Shown here one piece after another: positions 60,767-64,000 of a stretch of DNA of 64,000 nt. Location: the NCBI GenBank assembly GCA_041690355.1, contig JAWLHK010000020.1, positions 1 to 64,000 of the forward strand, read 5' to 3'. The position numbers were made by a program, and so were the translations under genes. Within the stretch, counting starts at the first letter, position 1, and each line of letters starts with the position of its first letter. A model generated the notes under the pieces. The model searched no databases. It saw only the letters and a program-made list of their open reading frames with translations, and had not been told where the DNA came from. This DNA comes from a bacterium. GTDB taxonomy: Bacteria > J088 > JAWLBW01.

Positions 60767-61786
60767 ATGGCGCCGAAAAAACCTGAAGTCGTCATCGTCA
60801 CGGGGGCCTCGGCGGGCGTGGGCCGCGCCGTCGTCCGCGAATTCGGAAAGCACGGCGCCTATGTGGGGCTGATCGCCCGGGGGCGCGCCGGCCTCGAAGC
60901 CGCGCGGCGCGAAGTCGAAGACCTCGGCGGGCGCGCCGTGACCGCCTGCGCCGACGTGGCCGACTACGAGGCCCTGCGCCGGGCGGCCGAACGCATCGAG
61001 AAGCACTTCGGCGTACCCGATATCTGGATCAACTGCGCCATGTCGACGGTCTTCGGCGACGTGCGCGACGTCACGCCCGAGGAGTTTCGCCGTGTGACCG
61101 ACGTGACCTATCACGGCTACGTGTGGGGCACCAAAATCGCCCTCGAGCGCATGCGCCGGCGGGGGCGGGGGACGATTGTGCAGGTCGGATCGGCTCTGGC
61201 TTACCGCGGCATTCCTCTTCAGTCAGCCTATTGTGGTGCGAAGCACGCCATTCAGGGGTTCACCGAGTCGCTGCGGACCGAGCTGCGCTACCACGGCAGC
61301 CGAATTCACGTGACCAGCGTGCATCTGCCCGGGTTGAACACGCCGCAGTTCGACTGGCAGCGCAACAAGATGCGCTATCGAGCGCAGCCGGTGCCGCCGA
61401 TCTTTCAGCCCGAGGTGGCGGCCCGGGCAATCTACTGGGCGGCCCACCGGCGTCGCCGCGAAGTCTGGGTCGGCTGGCCCACGGTCAAAACGATCGTCGG
61501 TAACCGGACCGTACCCTGGTACGTCGAGTGGTACCTCGCGCGCAATGTCTATGACGGGCAGCAGACCGACGATCCGGCGCTCGACCGGCCCGACAACCTG
61601 TTCCGTCCGGTCGCCGGCGATCACGGCGCGCACGGCCGCTTCGACGACCGCTCGAAGCCGCGCAGCGTGCAGACCTGGTTCTCCCGGCACCGGCTGCTCG
61701 CCGGCGTCGGCGGCGTGGCGCTGCTTGCGGGGGCGGCCGGCGTGGCGGCGCGTGCGGGTGCGCGCGAGGCCATGAACATCGAGTGA
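60767..61786 (+). CDS. SDR family oxidoreductase
   Basis: TGASAGVG, VGS.LAYR.IPLQSAYCGAK and NTPQF motifs. Confidence 0.92.
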   Translation: MAPKKPEVVIVTGASAGVGRAVVREFGKHGAYVGLIARGRAGLEAARREVEDLGGRAVTACADVADYEALRRAAERIEKHFGVPDIWINCAMSTVFGDVRDVTPEEFRRVTDVTYHGYVWGTKIALERMRRRGRGTIVQVGSALAYRGIPLQSAYCGAKHAIQGFTESLRTELRYHGSRIHVTSVHLPGLNTPQFDWQRNKMRYRAQPVPPIFQPEVAARAIYWAAHRRRREVWVGWPTVKTIVGNRTVPWYVEWYLARNVYDGQQTDDPALDRPDNLFRPVAGDHGAHGRFDDRSKPRSVQTWFSRHRLLAGVGGVALLAGAAGVAARAGAREAMNIE

Positions 61787-61821
61787 ACCGCGTGCGGCGG
61801 CTACCGCCAAGGGAGGCGAAC

Positions 61822-62040
61822 ATGGAACCAATGGATTCGAAAGTCGAGAACACAGGGTTCGTGCGGCGTGCTGAGCAGAAGCTCGATGACGCCCTGCACG
61901 GGCCCCACCGGGGGCGCGTTCTGGCCGGTCTGGGGGCGCTCGGACTCTTCACCGCGTATCGCCTCGGACCCGGGCGCGTGATACGGTACGCACCGCTGGC
62001 GGTGAAGGGAATTCAGCGGATTCGGAAGGGAGGGGCCTGA
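61822..62040 (+). CDS. Small membrane-associated hypothetical protein
   Basis: GGAGG RBS, one hydrophobic segment, coupled to next gene. Confidence 0.55.
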   Translation: MEPMDSKVENTGFVRRAEQKLDDALHGPHRGRVLAGLGALGLFTAYRLGPGRVIRYAPLAVKGIQRIRKGGA

Positions 62041-62624
62041 TGCGCCCGGCCCGGCTCAGCGAAGAATTGCGGTTCAGCCACGAGCCCGTCCTGCGGCGCC
62101 GACGCGGCATCGCCCTGCTGACGCTGCTGTCGATGGGGGGCATGGCGGCGGTCAGCCTCTTTCAGCTCGGCATTCTGCGCGATCTCCCCGATGTGCGGGG
62201 CGACATCTTCGATGCCGAGAGCGTCGACGCCGCGCCGGAGGCATACGGCCGCCTGTCCATGCCCGACGGCGTGATCGGACTGGGGAGCTACGCGGTCACC
62301 CTGGCGCTGGCCGCGGCCGATGGAGAACGCAGGGTCGCACGCCGGCCATGGCTTCCGATTCTCCTGGGCGCGAAAACGGCTCTCGATGCCGTCGAGGCTG
62401 TGCGCCTCACGGTCGCCCAGTGGCGGGATCACCGGGCCTTCAGCCTGTACGGGCTGCTGGCGACGGGGGCGACGCTGACGGCGCTGCCGCTGGCGATTCC
62501 CGAAGCATGGGAAGGGCTGAAGCGGCTGACGCACCCGGGGCAGCGCAACGTGCTCCTGCGCAGCCGCGACTTCGATTTCAATCTGCCGCTCGCAGAGTCC
62601 GTCGGCTCGCATCAGGGGATGTAG
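62040..62624 (+). CDS. VKOR-like membrane protein lacking cysteines
   Basis: RRRR.I..L, FQLGI...LPD, D...V..A.EAY, PDG..G..SY and P.A.PEA pattern. Confidence 0.7.
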   Translation: MRPARLSEELRFSHEPVLRRRRGIALLTLLSMGGMAAVSLFQLGILRDLPDVRGDIFDAESVDAAPEAYGRLSMPDGVIGLGSYAVTLALAAADGERRVARRPWLPILLGAKTALDAVEAVRLTVAQWRDHRAFSLYGLLATGATLTALPLAIPEAWEGLKRLTHPGQRNVLLRSRDFDFNLPLAESVGSHQGM

Positions 62625-62731
62625 GCAGGAGCGCACGACATCGTGCGTCCCGGGCCGGCGTTCGCGAAGAGTGTGAGCACGGCAGCGAGGGCTGCGGCTG
62701 TCTCGCCGCGCGAAGCGGTTACAATGTCGGG

Positions 62732-63727
62732 ATGCGCGAAGCGACAACGGCACCGCTGATCTGGGCCCGCCTGCGGAATGGAGCGCTCGACTCGGGCGTG
62801 CAGGCGGCCTCCGGCCATTCCCCGGCCGCCACTGTGTACGGAACGGAGGATCGGTTTCTCGTCTACAGCTACACGAAGACGATTCTCGCCTGCGCCGCGC
62901 TTCGCCTGGCGGGCCGCGGAAGCCTGGGCCTCGAGGATCCGCTTTCACGCTGGATTCCCGATGCGCCGCATGCCGAGCGCATCCGCATCCGGCACATTCT
63001 GGCGCACACGAGCGGACTTCCCGACTACGGCGGGCTGGCCGAATATCACGCGGCCGTGCGCTCCGGTGAGGTTCCGTGGACGCGCGAGGAGTACTTCACG
63101 CGCACCCAGGCCGACCGGCTCCTTTTTCCTCCCGGCGCAGGCTGGGCCTACTCGAACCTCGGCTACCGGCTCGTGCGGGAGGTCGTCGACGCGGCGAGCG
63201 GCAAGGGTATCGACGACTTTCTTCGGGAAGAATTCTTCGCGCCGCTCGGCCTCGCGGCCACGGCCTGGGTGAACGACGACGACGGCCTGGCCGGCCTGGC
63301 CTTCGGGCCCAGCGCCTATCTGGGCGGCGACGCGGCCCCCCGCCAAGTGGCGGGCCATTACGCCGTTGGCTGGGTGGCGCACGGCGTCGTCGCTTCGACG
63401 GTCAGCGAGGCGGCCCGGTTTCACGCCGCGCTGCTTTCCGGCCAACTCCTCGCGCCCGACCTGCTGCACGAAATGATGGCGCTGCGGGTCGTCGCCGAGC
63501 CGATGGCGGGCCGCCCCTTCGGCAAGCCGGGCTACGGCCTCGGGCTCATGGGTGACGCGGTCGAGCCCCCCGGACCGTTCGGCCACACCGGCGGGGGACC
63601 GGGGGCGAGTGTGGCTGTCTACGGCCGGCCGGGGCCCCAGCCCCTCGTGGCCGCGGTGTTCACCCCGGGTGAGCTGACGGGGCCGGCCGAGAATCTGGCT
63701 TTCGAGCTGGTCGCGACGGCTTCCTGA
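62732..63727 (+). CDS. Serine hydrolase (beta-lactamase/PBP family)
   Basis: SYTK (SxxK), LAHTSGL, YSNLGY and GHTG motifs. Confidence 0.9.
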   Translation: MREATTAPLIWARLRNGALDSGVQAASGHSPAATVYGTEDRFLVYSYTKTILACAALRLAGRGSLGLEDPLSRWIPDAPHAERIRIRHILAHTSGLPDYGGLAEYHAAVRSGEVPWTREEYFTRTQADRLLFPPGAGWAYSNLGYRLVREVVDAASGKGIDDFLREEFFAPLGLAATAWVNDDDGLAGLAFGPSAYLGGDAAPRQVAGHYAVGWVAHGVVASTVSEAARFHAALLSGQLLAPDLLHEMMALRVVAEPMAGRPFGKPGYGLGLMGDAVEPPGPFGHTGGGPGASVAVYGRPGPQPLVAAVFTPGELTGPAENLAFELVATAS

Positions 63728-64000
63728 CGCGAAACTGGCCCGCTGCCCGGCCCGAAGGTACCATGCCTGCATGGGTGATCAAGCGGTTCCCCCGCGAAAA
63801 CAGGCTGCACGCGTTCAGCGTTTCCGCCGCCGGCTTCCTCTTTTCCGCGACGCCGCCGAACGCGTGCGTCCGGGCGATGGGGATGCCGTTGCGGCGGATA
63901 CCGCGGCCCGCCTCGTGCCGCTGCTCGCCCGCGTACCGGCCGAACCGGGGAACCCGCTCGAAGAGAACCTGGTCATCGCGGCCTGGTTTCTGGCCTTTTT

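Noticed and set aside
63762-64000. Partial CDS at window end
   Set aside because: Frame and product cannot be determined from the fragment.

Overview
High-GC bacterial chromosomal segment. Gene content and order (glyQ-glyS-ppdK, rpsF-rpsR-rplI, tig-clpP-clpX, extra Hsp70, TatT lipoprotein) suggest a Myxococcota/deltaproteobacterial-type genome; this placement is inference. Most of the window is housekeeping: nfo, aroB, purM-purN, tRNA-Leu(TAG)-tig-clpP-clpX-tatA-tRNA(CAT), rpsF-rpsR-rplI, glyQS-ppdK, ettA, gap-pgk-tpiA-secG-tRNA-Leu(GAG), HU, plsX-like, tmk-holB-trxA, and a small stress-type cluster at the end. Accessory signals: (1) a 574-bp unit between ettA and tRNA-Leu carrying only a four-helix-bundle (bAvd/IVS-protein-like) gene, bounded by 31-bp inverted repeats built of heptamer arrays; (2) other heptamer/octamer arrays at or just after stop codons, including a gene-free 870-bp repeat mosaic at 8.2-9.1 kb; (3) an MNT-HEPN toxin-antitoxin cassette bracketed by a 101-bp direct duplication of a HAD gene 3' end, next to an RHS relic and a low-GC orphan. 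Odd protein architectures include a lidless Hsp70 with a MinD-like tail, PPDK with a histone-H1-like N-tail, S6 with a (DR)13 tract and a cysteine-free VKOR homolog. No CRISPR array, rRNA, integrase or transposase was recognised. All family calls come from motif recognition by eye, not from database searches.
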